A stretch of 58,784 bases of DNA, the filler included, from Sphacelaria rigidula (Eukaryota): the NCBI GenBank assembly GCA_964200075.2. It is 7 parts of 7 records of this genome, joined end to end, with 100 filler letters (N's around TTAATTAATTAA, not from the genome) between each part and the next. Parts side by side here need not be neighbours in the genome. Positions count along the whole stretch, not along the records: positions 8,414 to 16,725 come from CAXNAA020011562.1; positions 16,826 to 25,137 come from CAXNAA020011563.1; positions 25,238 to 33,549 come from CAXNAA020011564.1; 4 more parts are not named here. The stretch is one strand, 5' to 3'. The notes beneath the pieces are model-generated. The model searched no databases. It worked only from the letters and a program-made list of their open reading frames with translations, and was not told the origin of the DNA. Shown one piece after another: positions 13,359 through 25,378 of this stretch. Numbering within the stretch: the first letter of the stretch is position 1; every line of letters begins with the position of its first letter. A program made the position numbers and the translations under genes.

Positions 13359-14459
13359 CATTTCAATGGCTTCGATTGGTCGGTTGGTGCACTACAGTAT
13401 GTTCCCTGTACAGATAGTTTATGCCGGAGTTCTTCGTAGCCATGTCCTATTTTACCTTGTGGCGATCACTCAACCAATGAAGCGCACAATATCCAGGTGA
13501 TACGCCTTGCTCCTCGTGCCGGTTCAATGTTGGAAATGGTGCGCCCCTAGAGATGAGTGCTGCTTCTGATTTACAGTATGCAGTTTTGCGCATGCGTAGC
13601 CCAGATGCTGCACACACCGTGCCTGCATTGAGCTGTCAGGCGAGAGCGGCCACGCGCCCCTTTTTCGAGTGAGCATTGACGAGCAGGGTACAATGAGCAG
13701 GCCTTGGCCGTAGACATCCAGGTTGTCCGGGAATTTCCGCCAATTTTGCATTTCCCTTGTTAGCGGGCCGGTCTCACTTTGCCTTCCTTTGTTCGATTGT
13801 TGATTCGAATTTGATCAATACCATCCCTATGGTGGTACGATTTCTCCGCGTGAAGAGGGGTGGAGGTGGGGAAGCGAGCCCTACCATCGGCGATTTACCC
13901 TCGAAGGTGGCGCCGGTAGCCCAGCAAGGGCGTCCACATAATAGCTCCCTCGCGCCTTTGCGGCGGCCAACCAGACTCGAGCAACAATACTGAGAAAGGA
14001 AGGGAGCAATGTTTCCAACTACATCAGTCTGATCCTGCACAGCACCCGGAACGTGATCGGGGTAGGCAGAAGATGCGGTTGTCCGCCGGAGATGTCATTC
14101 TGGCTACAAGGCTGGCGGGCTGATGCTGTGGTGGAATACTCGCGAGGATCGGTCAGTTTAGGCAATGTCAGAGAGGGAAGTGCACGGAGGCGGGGGTGAG
14201 CCACACTGCGGGTTGGAACGAGGACGAGGAGCTGATTATAGACGAATGTGATACTGCTGCTGTCTGAACGTAGCTTCATTGATAACTCGGGTGTGTCGCA
14301 AGTCATCAAATGTGGGTGAATATCCAATCCGACCGGCAAAACGTACGGCAGCAGGACGTGCACATGCTGGAAACGTTACAACAATGAGCCCTCCACCTTC
14401 TGCAACTTTTTTGTTTTTTATTTGTTCATCGCTCTTCGAACCCCTCTCCTTCCTCGAGA

Positions 14460-14720
14460 CGAGTCCGTGATCTCCAGGGATCAACCGATCTCTCCCCGGT
14501 ACACGCCTTGCATTTTGGTCTCGCGGATTGGGTCAACACTCCAACACCGCGTCAACTCTCGTCAAGCAAACTCACTCAACTACTCTTTGTTTCCTCACGT
14601 ACTCACGCTTTCGACGGTGGAAATCAGATACTCCAAAGGAAAAAAACAACCCATCGGGAACCGAATACACGTTCACTCCACCCTAATGGTTACAGTCGGG
14701 CCATTACACCACTAGGGCGT
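14460..14720 (-). mobile_element. tRNA-derived SINE
   Basis: Minus strand has box A-like TGGTGTAATGG and box B-like ATTCGGTTCCC, then a body shared with 39388-39645 and 56351-56987. Confidence 0.65.
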
Positions 14721-14959
14721 GGCAACTGCGGCCGTGCTTGTTTGTCTGAGAAAACTGTACAGTTCGCTGTGCGCACACACCCGGTTGTTATCGGCGTCGG
14801 TAAAGGTGTAGAAGCTGGTGTCAGTGTCGGGGGAAAGGAAGGACTCGCTGCCGTCGCGCTGGGCAGGGAAGAATGAAGGGGTGAATCCCGGACAGGCGCA
14901 AGAGCCGTGGGGTGGAGCCGTCGAAGCCGAAAGAATCGGGGGTAAACCAAGTTCTAGCA

Positions 14960-15302
14960 GGGAATTCTATCAAATGAGGTTGACCAATAAAATGAGGTTT
15001 GAGGAGGCTAGCCAGTATGCGACAAAAACCCGAGGAAAGTACCGTCCGCAAGTGCCTTCGATCATTTCCGGGGGGTGGGGCGTACTCATTTGTTGCTTGC
15101 CTTAGTCGTTTGACTATCGACCTTTCGAGACGGGGCGTGGTCAATGGTCAAACGACTAAGGCAAGCAACAAATGAGTACGCCCCACCCCCCCGGAAATGA
15201 TCGAAGGCACTTGCGGACGGTACTTCCCTCGGGTTTTTGTCGCATGCTGGCTAGGCTCCTCAAACCTCATTTCATTGATCAACCTCGTTTGATAGAATCC
15301 CC
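14960..15302. repeat. ~340-bp palindrome (arms ~163 bp, loop ~16 nt)
   Basis: 14960-15122 is the reverse complement of 15139-15302 with few mismatches. Confidence 0.92.
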
Positions 15303-16234
15303 CGTTTTCTGATGAAGGAGACGCGGGTGTTGCAGCGTGAGGTCAAGGAGAGAGGGACAATTTGCAGGTGAAGGTTCATCGTGGTACGGTGATGCTGAGC
15401 AGGGATCGCTGACGACGGTGCTTGGGCGGACGTTAGCGACGGCGAAGATGGAGATTGAAGGCCGTGCTATACGCGTTCTGACCCGGCGGGAATGATACGC
15501 GCTAACGTGAGTGAGTTATTGCGAACACGATTGTTCTGCAATTGTCTCGACAGCTCTGCATATGTTCGCGCTGTATACAGTGTGCTACGTATATGAACGG
15601 CGCTCCGTGCCGTGACGGATGTGCGTTACTCTTCACGTCCGGCATGCAGTTGGTTTGGCACATGACGGCTTCTCCCTAGATATTGAAGAGCACTACCCTC
15701 GGTAGTGCAGGTAGTAACTATGGCTCGAGGTGTTGTGCTTTACCCGACATTCGACTCAAGCGAGCATCGTGTCTACCGGCCTCCATCGCTTCTTGTACTT
15801 TGATATTTTGTTCAGCACGTTTGAATGGCTGTTGACAAAGTTTCGGATCAGTATTCCGGTGAGTCTGGACCCGGCTTCCTCAATTGGACTAGTATTGTTG
15901 CTTCGTACCGGGCATTCGGTCACCATTCACCGACGGCATGTCGACTCCAGGCATGGAAGACTTGAAGACAATAGACAAAAGTGGATACACGCACCCCTTT
16001 TTCAGCCAGAACGTGGATACAGGTGAACACGAAACTTGGAGTCGCCCGTACTTGGCCCGAACAACTCAAAACTCAAGCCTAAGGCAAAAGCAACACACCC
16101 ACGGCCCATGCAGAGCATGTACGTCACGATTTAAGGGCCAAGCAGTACCGCGGGGCACAAGGGTCCTACAAAACACCCACTTTTGCCCGACAATCAGCCA
16201 GGGCTACTAACCACGAGCTACTACGAGCTACCAC

Positions 16235-16460
16235 GAGCTGGGCCAGGCTAAAAACGGATTTAAGCTCTAAAAGCAATATCTCATCGACACAGACGAGTTG
16301 GGCGGTGATCCGCATATCGCATTAATCGTGTAATCAAGGGGAAGGTGTCATCTGCTCAAAAGTTTGGACCAATATTTTCTCGTTGATCAAACCCCATGTC
16401 TAGTAATTCCTACACCTAAGGAAGATAGCGCCAATACAAAAATCTCTATGAAACTCCCGA
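16235..16460 (+). repeat. MITE-family left end (C.AGCTGGGCCAG family)
   Basis: Aligns with 5588-5830 and 57552-57750. Confidence 0.6.
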
Positions 16461-16825
16461 TCGAAGCATTCAGCGGATGGCGACGAATTTTGGTGTGGAG
16501 AACCGCAAAACAGTGCCGGATAAAAAAAAATGGGCCTTCCATTTTTTTATTTTTCCATAGAGGTTAGGGCATTTTCGTGAAATATGGTCTTTACAATAGT
16601 AAAACTCCCTAAATCAGTGGAAAAAATTGAAAAAAAATCAACCTGACCCACTTCTGTTTTTGTTGATTATGCCCTAGCCACGCCCCACATAAAGTTTCGA
16701 TACACAAACACCAAACGTGGGCCGGNNNNNNNNNNNNNNNNNNNNNNNNNNNNNNNNNNNNNNNNNNNNTTAATTAATTAANNNNNNNNNNNNNNNNNNN
16801 NNNNNNNNNNNNNNNNNNNNNNNNN

Positions 16826-19800
16826 TGCTGGTGTTCAGCTCGGGCACCAGCAGCTCCGGCAACACCGGCATGGTCCAGATCGGCAGCGGGGCGGCCACGT
16901 CCGGATCGGGCGGCGACGTGAGCTTGACGGTGGGCACGGGCGACCTGGCGACAGGCGGTGGGTTGACATTGTCGGGCGGTACGGGCGTGACAGGAGGCGT
17001 TGTATCACTGGCGGCCGGGATGGGAAGCACGGGTACCGGCGGCGAGGTGGCGATGGCTGCGGGCGTCGGATCGACGGGCGGGACGTTGGAAGTGGTGGCC
17101 GGCGAGGGGACGACGGCGTCCGGTGGGTCGGTGACGGTGACAGCGGGATTGGGAGCGACGGTGGGTGGAGCTGTGAGCATAGCGGCTGGGGCCGGTGTGG
17201 CAGATGGAGGAGGCGACGTGAGCGTTTCGGCCGGGTTGAGCTCGGCGGTCACCGGCGGCGACTTGACGATGGTGGCCGGCAGCGGCAGCACAGGCGGCGG
17301 CGCGGTGACAGTATCAAGCGGCGCCGTGACGAGCGGGAACAGCGGAACCATCACCATTAGTTCACCCCCAGCTGGTACCTCAGGAAACAGCGGCGCCATG
17401 ACCTTCAGTTCCGGGTCTACCACCATCGGGGACAGCGGAGATATCATGATCGGAAGCGGAGACGCTCTCGGCGGCTCCGGCGGACCGCTCAGCTTGACCG
17501 CCGGCGCCGGTGACACGGGTCAGGGCGGTCTCGTGCAAGTGACGGCCGGAGCGTCCACCGCTACAACGGCCGGCACCGGCGGGTCGGTGACGATCCTCAG
17601 CGGCGAGGGCACCGAGACCACCAGCGGGTCCGTGACGATCCGTTCGCCGAACGCCGGGACGGACGGCGTGAGCGGCGTGTTGGTGTTCAGCTCGGGCACC
17701 AGCAGCTCCGGCAATACCGGCATGGTCCAGATCGGCAGCGGGGCGGCCACGTCCGGGTCGGGCGGCGACGTGAGCTTGACGGTGGGCACGGGCAACCTGG
17801 CGACGGGCGGCGCGTTGACGTTGACGGGTGGCACGGGCGTGACGGGAGGCGCCGTGTCGCTGGCGGCCGGGACGGGAAGCACGGGCACCGGCGGGGAGGT
17901 GGCGATGGCGGCGGGCGTGGGGTCTCGGGCGGGTCGTTCGACGTGGTGGCGGGCGAGGGCACGACGGCTTCTGGCGGGTCGGTGACGGTGACAGCTGGAC
18001 TGGGAGCAACGGTGGGTGGGGCCGTGAGCATAGCGGCCGGGGCTGGTGGGGCTGATGAAGGAGGCGACGTGAGCGTGTCGGCCGGGGTGAGCTCGGCCGT
18101 CATGGGCGGCGACTTGACGATGGTGGCCGGCAGCGGCAGCACGGGTGGTGGTGCCGCATCGCTCGCCAGCGGGGCGGTGACGAGCGGCAACAGCGGAACC
18201 GTCACTATCACTTCCCCCGCAGCCGGCACGGCTGGAAATAGCGGAACCATGACCTTCAGCTCTGGGCCTACAACGGTTGGAGACAGCGGAGACATCATGA
18301 TCGGAAGCGGAAATGCTCTCGGCGGTTCGGGCGGGCTGCTGAGCTTGACCGTCGGCGCCGGTGACACGGGTCAGGGCGGTCTCGTGCAGCTGACGGCCGG
18401 AGCGTCCACCGCGGCCACGGCCGGCACGGGCGGGTCGGTGACGATCCTCAGCGGCGAGGGCACCGAGACCACCAGCGGGTCCGTGACGATCCGCTCGCCG
18501 AACGCCGGTACTGACGGCGTGAGCGGCGTGCTGGTGTTCAGCTCGGGCACCAGCAGCTCCGGCAACACCGGCATGGTCCAGATCGGCAGCGGCGCAGCTA
18601 CGTCGGGATCGGGCGGCGATGTGAGCTTGACGGTGGGCACGGGCGATCTGGCGACGGGCGGCGCGTTGACGTTGACGGGCGGTACGGGCGTGACGGGAGG
18701 CGCCGTATCGCTGGCGGCCGGGACGGGAAGCACGGGCACCGGGGGCGAGGTGGCGATGGCGGCGGGCTTTGGATCGACGGGCGGTGCGTTCGACGTGGTG
18801 GCCGGCGAGGGTGTGAGCGACGCAGGAGGATCCGTGAGTGTCGTTGCGGGGATGGGTGCAACGGCCGGGGGCGGCTTGACGATGGTGGCCGGCAGCGGCA
18901 GCGTGGGCGGCGGAGCCGTGTCGGTAGCAAGCGGAGCCGTGACCAGCGGAAACAGCGGAACCGTCACCATCACGTCGCCCCCAGCCGGTACCGCCGGAAA
19001 CAGCGGAACCGTGACCTTTAGCTCCGGCTCCACCACCGTAGGAGACAGCGGAGACATCATGATCGGAAGCGGGGCTGCCCTCGGCGGCTCCGGAGGTTTG
19101 TTGAGCTTGACGGTCGGCGCCGGCGACACGGGCCAGGGCGGTCTTGTCCGAATTACGGCCGGAGCGTCCACTGCGGCCACATCTGGCACGGGTGGGTCGG
19201 TGACCATGCTGAGCGGTGAAGGCACCGAGACCACCAGTGGGTCCGTGACGATACGCTCGCCGAACGCCGGTACGGACGGCGTGAGCGGCGTGCTGGTGTT
19301 CAGCTCGGGCACCAGCAGCTCCGGCAACACTGGTACGATTGAGATCGGCAGCGGGGCGGCCACGTCCGGATCGGGCGGCGACGTGAGCTTGGTGGTAGGC
19401 ACGGGTGACCTGGCGACGGGTGGTGCGTTGACGTTGACGGGCGGCACAGGCGTGACGGGAGGCGCCGTGTCGCTGGCGGCGGGGATGGGAAGCACGGGCA
19501 CTGGCGGCGACGTGGCTATGGCTGCGGGCGTCGGGTCTACAGGTGGCGTTTTTGACGTGTTGGCCGGTGAGGGCACGTCGGCCTCTGGCGGGTCGGTGAC
19601 GATGACGGCTGGACTGGGAGCGACGGTGGGTGGAGCTGTGAGCATAGCAGCCGGGATGGGCGTAGGAGGAGATGGTGGCGACGTGAGCGTGTCGGCCGGA
19701 GTGAGCTCGGCGGTCACAGGAGGCGACTTGACTATGGTAGCCGGCAGCGGCAGCACAGGGGGCGGGGCAGTGCTACTGTCCAGCGGAGCGGGCACTAGTG

Positions 19801-22800
19801 GAAACAGCGGGACTGTCACCATCACGTCTCCGACCGCCGGTACGGCCGGGAGTAGCGGCGTCATGACCTTCAGCTCCGGTTCTACCACTGTCGGTGACAG
19901 CGGAGACATCATGATCGGAAGCGGCACCGCCCTGGGTGGCTCCGGGGGACTGCTGAGCCTGACCGTTGGCGCAGGCGATACGGATCAGGGCGGTCTCGTT
20001 CGAATCACGGCCGGAGCGTCCACAGCAGCCACAGCCGGCACCGGTGGGTCGGTGACGATCCTCAGCGGCGAGGGTACCGAGACCACCAGCGGGTCCGTGA
20101 CGATCCGCTCGCCGAACGCCGGCACGGACGGCGTGAGTGGCTTGTTGGCGTTTACCACGGGAACCAGCAGCTCCGGCAACACTGGCACGGTTCAGATCGG
20201 CAGCGGCACAGCTACGTCGGGTTCGGGCGGCGACGTGAGCTTGACGGTGGGCACGGGCGACCTGGCGACGGGCGGCGCATTGACGTTGACGGGCGGCACG
20301 GGCGTGACGGGAGGCGCCGTATCGCTAGCGGCGGGGACAGGGAGTACGGGCACTGGCGGCGGGGTGGCGATGGCAGCGGGCATCGGTTCTACGGGTGGCA
20401 CATTCAATGTAGTCGCCGGCGAGGGTACATCGGCCTCTGGTGGACTGATGACGATTACGGCTGGACTAGGAGCAACGGTGGGTGGGGCTGTGAGCATAAT
20501 TGCCGGGGCCGGTGTTTCGGATGAGGGAGGCGATGTGATGATGTCTGCTGGCCTGAGTTCGGCTGTCACCGGTGGTGAACTGAACTTGATTGCCGGTAGC
20601 GGTAGTACGGGTGGGGGTGCAGTGGCCGTCACCAGTGGAGCCGTCACCAGCGGAAACAGCGGGACCGTCACCATCACTTCGCCCCCAGCTGGTGCCGCCG
20701 GACATAGCGGAACCATGACCTTCAGCTCCGGTTCCACCACCATAGGAGACAGCGGAGACATCATGATCGGGAGCGGGGCCGCCCTCGGCGGCTCCGGAGG
20801 TTTGCTTAGCTTGACGGTTGGCGCCGGCGACACCGGCCAGGGCGGTCTTGTCCAAATCACCGCCGGAGCGTCCACCGCGGCCACGACCAGCACGGGCGGG
20901 TCGGTGACGATCCTCAGCGGCGAGGGCACAGAGACTACCAGCGGGTCCGTGACGATACGCTCGCCGAACGCCGGGACGGACGGCGTGAGCGGCGTGCTGG
21001 TGTTCAGCTCGGGCACCAGCAGCTCGGGAAACACCGGCATGGTCCAGATCGGCAGCGGAGCAGCTACGTCCGGGTCGGGCGGCGATGTGAGCTTGACGGT
21101 GGGCACGGGCGACCTGGCGACGGGCGGCGCATTGACGTTGACGGGCGGTACGGGCGTGACGGGAGGCGCCGTGTCGCTGGCGGCCGGGACGGGAAGCACG
21201 GGCACAGGGGGCAAGGTGACGATGATGGCGGGCGTCGGGTCGATGGGCGGCGCGTTCGACGTGGTGGCCGGCGAGGGTACATCGGCCTCTGGTGGATCGG
21301 TCGCCATTACCGCGGGGGAAGGTTCGACATCAGGTGGAGGTCTCTCTTTCACTGCGGGGGACGGTGGAACGAGTGGTGGTGCGGTTTCCTTGACGGCGGG
21401 TGCTGTAACGAGCGGCAACAGTGGGACCGTCACTATCACGTCGCCGGCAGCCGGTACGGTAGGGAACAGCGGAACCATGACATTCAGCTCCGGATCCACC
21501 ACCATCGGAGACAGCGGAGACATCATGATCGGCAGCGGGACCGCCCTCGGCGGCTCCGGTGGAATGCTCAGCTTGACCGTCGGCACCGGCGACACGAGCC
21601 AGGGCGGTGAAGTGCAGTTGATGGCCGGATCGTCCACCGCGGCCACGACCGGCACCGGCGGTTCGGTGACGATCCTCAGCGGCGAGGGAACAGAGACCAC
21701 CAGCGGGTCCGTGACGATCCGCTCGCCGAACGCCGGCATTGACGGAGTGAGCGGCGTGCTGGTGTTCAGCTCGGGCACCAGCAGCTCCGGCAACACCGGC
21801 ATGGTCCAGATCGGCAGCGGTGCAGCCACGTCCGGTTCGGGCGGCGACGTGAGCTTGACGGTGGGCACGGGAGACCTAGCGACGGGCGGCGCGTTGACGT
21901 TGACGGGCGGCACGGGCGTGACGGGAGGCGACGTTTCGCTGGCGGCCGGGACGGGAAGCACGGGCACCGGGGGCGAGGTGGCGATGGCTGCGGGCGTCGG
22001 GTCGACGGGCGGGTTGTTCAACGTGGTAGCCGGCGAGGGTACATCGGCCTCCGGCGGGTCGGTAGCAGTGACAGCGGGACAGGGAGCGACGGTGGGTGGG
22101 TCTGTGAGCATAACCGGCGGGATCGGTGTGGCTGGGGGAGGAGGCGACGTGAGCGTATCAGCCGGGACAAGTTCCACGGTATCGGGAGGTGACTTGACGA
22201 TGGTAGCCGGCAGCGGCAGCACGGGCGGCGGTGCATTGACCCTTTCCAGCGGAGCTGTGACGAGCGGGAACAGCGGGACCGTCATCATTACGTCACCTCC
22301 AGCCGGGACGGCCGGAAATAGCGGCATCATGACCTTCAGCTCCGGCTCCACCACCGTAGGAGACAGCGGAGACGTCATGATCGGAAGCGGCGCCGCCCTT
22401 GGCGGCTCGGGCGGTGCACTGAGCTTGACGGTCGGCACAGGTGACACGGGCCAGGGCGGTGCAGTGCAGGTGACGGCCGGAGCGTCCACCGCGGCTACGG
22501 CCGGTACCGGCGGGTCGGTGACGATCCTCAGCGGCGAGGGCACAGAGACCACCAGCGGGTCCGTGACGATACGATCGCCGAACGCCGGCACGAACGGCGT
22601 GAGCGGCGTGCTGGTGTTCAGCTCGGGCACCAGCAGCTCCGGCAACACCGGTACGATTGAGATCGGCAGCGGAGCAGCTACGTCGGGTTCGGGCGGTGAT
22701 GTGAGCTTGACGGTGGGCACCGGCGACCTGGCGACGGGCGGCGCGTTGACGTTGACGGGCGGCACGGGCGTGACGGGAGGCGCCGTGTCGCTGGCGGCCG

Positions 22801-25137
22801 GGACGGGAAGCACGGGCACTGGCGGTGAGGTGGCGATGGCTGCGGGCGTCGGGTCGACGGGCGGTGCGTTCGACGTGGTGGCCGGCGAGGGCACGACGGC
22901 CTTCGGCGGGTCGGTGACGATGACTGCTGGACTGGGAGCGACGGTGGGGGGGGCTGTGAGCATAGCGGCCGGAGCTGGTGTGGCGGATGAAGGAGGCGAC
23001 GTGAGCGTATCGGCCGGATTGAGTTCGGCCGTTACGGGAGGAGACTTGACGATGGTGGCCGGCAGCGGCAGCACGGGCGGCGGCGCCGTATCGGTCGCCA
23101 GCGGAGCCGTGACCAGCGGCAACAGCGGAACCGTCACCATCACGTCGCCCCCAGCCGGTACCGCCGGAAATAGCGGAACCATGACCTTCAGCTCCGGATC
23201 CACCACCGTAGGAGACAGCGGAGACATCATGATCGGAAGCGGAGACGCTCCCGGCGGCTCCGGCGGACTGCTAAGCTTGACCGTCGGCGCCGGCGATACC
23301 GGCCGGGGCGGCCTTGTCCAAATCACCGCCGGAGCGTCCACCGCGGCCACAGCCGGTACCGGCGGGTCGGTGACGATCCTCAGCGGCGAGGGCACAGAGA
23401 CCACCAGCGGGTCCGTGACGATCCGCTCGCCGAACGCCGGGACGGACGGCGTGAGCGGCGTGCTGGTGTTCAGCTCGGGCACCAGCAGCTCGGGAAACAC
23501 CGGCATGGTCCAGATCGGCAGCGGTGCGGCCACGTCTGGGTCGGGCGGCGACGTGAGCTTGACGGTGGGCACGGGCGATCTGGCGACGGGCGGCGCGTTG
23601 ACGTTGACGGGCGGCACGGGCGTGACGGGAGGCGCCGTGTCGCTGGCGGCCGGGACGGGAAGCACGGGCACCGGCGGTGAGGTGGCGATGGCTGCGAGCG
23701 TCGGGTCGACGGGCGGTGCGTTCGACGTGGTGGCCGGCGAGGGCACGTCGGCCTCCGGCGGGTCGGTGACGATTTCTGCCGGCGATGGTGCCACAGTGGG
23801 TGGTGAATTATCTTTCGCAGCTGGGTCCGGGGGTACGGGTGGTGGTGCCGTGGCCTTGACCAGCGGGACCACGACCAGCGGCAACAGCGGGACCGTCACC
23901 ATCACGTCGCCCCCAGCCGGTACCGCCGGAAATAGCGGAACCATGACCTTCAGCTCCGGATCCACCACCGTAGGAGACAGCGGAGACATCATGATCGGAA
24001 GCGGAGACGCTCTCGGCGGCTCGGGCGGGCTGCTCAGCTTGACCGTCGGCGCCGGCGATACCGGCCAGGGCGGCCTTGTCCAAATCACCGCCGGAGCGTC
24101 CACCGCGGCCACGACCGGTACCGGCGGGTCGGTGACGATCCTCAGCGGCGAGGGCACAGAGACCACCAGCGGGTCCGTGACGATCCGCTCGCCGAACGCC
24201 GGGACGGACGGCGTGAGCGGCGTGCTGGTGTTCAGCTCGGGCACCAGCAGCTCCGGCAACACCGGCATGGTCCAGATCGGCAGCGGGGCGGCCACGTCTG
24301 GGTCGGGCGGCGACGTGAGCTTGACGGTGGGCACCAGTACATTCACCACAGGAGGTGAACTCACTCTATCGTCGGGTACAGGAAACACGGGGGGTCCCGT
24401 CAACATGGCTGCGGGTACAGGCGTAGCAGGAACGGGTGGAGCTGTGACGGTGGTCGCTGGGGACGCGGCCACGGGCGGGGCGGTTAGTGTTGCTGCTGGA
24501 GACGGGACATCTGGCACTGGCGGGGCAATGACGCTTCAAGCTGGGGTAGGATCTACGTCGGGTGGAGCATTGAGCATCGCAGCGGGAGCTGGAACAGCGA
24601 ATAGCGGAGGCTCGTTGAGTATGGAGGCCGGCTCCGGTGCTGAGACCGGTGGGAGCGTGAGTATCGTCGCCGGTACCGGAGGCTCCGGGGTGGGAGGAGA
24701 CATGAGCGTATCAGCCGGGGTGAGCTCAACTGTGATCGGCGGTGACTTGACGATGGTGGCCGGCAGCGGCAGCACGGGCGGCGGTGCAGTATCTGTGACC
24801 AGCGGAGCCGTGACCAGCGGCAACAGCGGGACCGTCACCATCACGTCGCCCCCAGCCGGTACCGCCGGAAATAGCGGCATCATGACCTTCAGCTCCGGAT
24901 CCACCACCGTAGGAGACAGCGGAGACATCATGATCGGAAGCGGAGACGCCCTCGGCGGCTCCGGCGGGCTGCTAAGCTTGACCGTCGGCGCTGGCGATAC
25001 CGGCCAGGGCGGCCTTGTCCAAATCACCGCCGGAGCGTCCACCGCGGCCACGACCGGTACCGGCGGGTCGGTGACGATCCTCAGCGGCGAGGGCACAGAG
25101 ACCACCAGCGGGTCCGTGACGATCCGCTCGCCGAACG
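16826..25137 (+). CDS. Giant Gly/Ser/Thr/Ala/Val-rich tandem-repeat protein, probable extracellular beta-solenoid; partial at both ends; 1-nt frameshift at 17925/17926
   Basis: Open reading across the whole 8312-bp contig (ORFs 16831-17985 and 17943-end). GC-rich third positions, with many synonymous differences between repeats. Rung consensus G-x-[VLM]-x-[ILV]-x-[AS]-G. Blocks of 284, 254 and 313 aa. Confidence 0.9.
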
Positions 25138-25237
25138 NNNNNNNNNNNNNNNNNNNNNNNNNNNNNNNNNNNNNNNNNNNNTTAATTAATTAANNNNNNN
25201 NNNNNNNNNNNNNNNNNNNNNNNNNNNNNNNNNNNNN

Positions 25238-25378
25238 AAAGGGATGCGTGGTCAATGGTCACACGACTAAGGCAAGCAACAAATGAGTATGCCCCCCCCC
25301 CTCCCCCCCCCTTGAAAGTCATGCGTGTTCGATTGTCACACGACTAAGGCAAGCAACAAATGAGGACGCCCCCCCCCA
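25238..25378 (-). repeat. Two tandem copies of the short G-run/GTACTCAT element
   Basis: Reverse complement of GGGGCGTACTCATTTGTTGCTTGCCTTAGTCGT, present twice. Same motif at 15070-15192, 33650, 41174-41240 and 41713-41790. Confidence 0.8.

Noticed and set aside
16770-25105. Long Pro/Val-rich minus-strand ORFs (up to 1441 aa)
   Set aside because: Antisense shadows of the GC-rich repeat gene. They are broken by stops, while the plus frame stays open.
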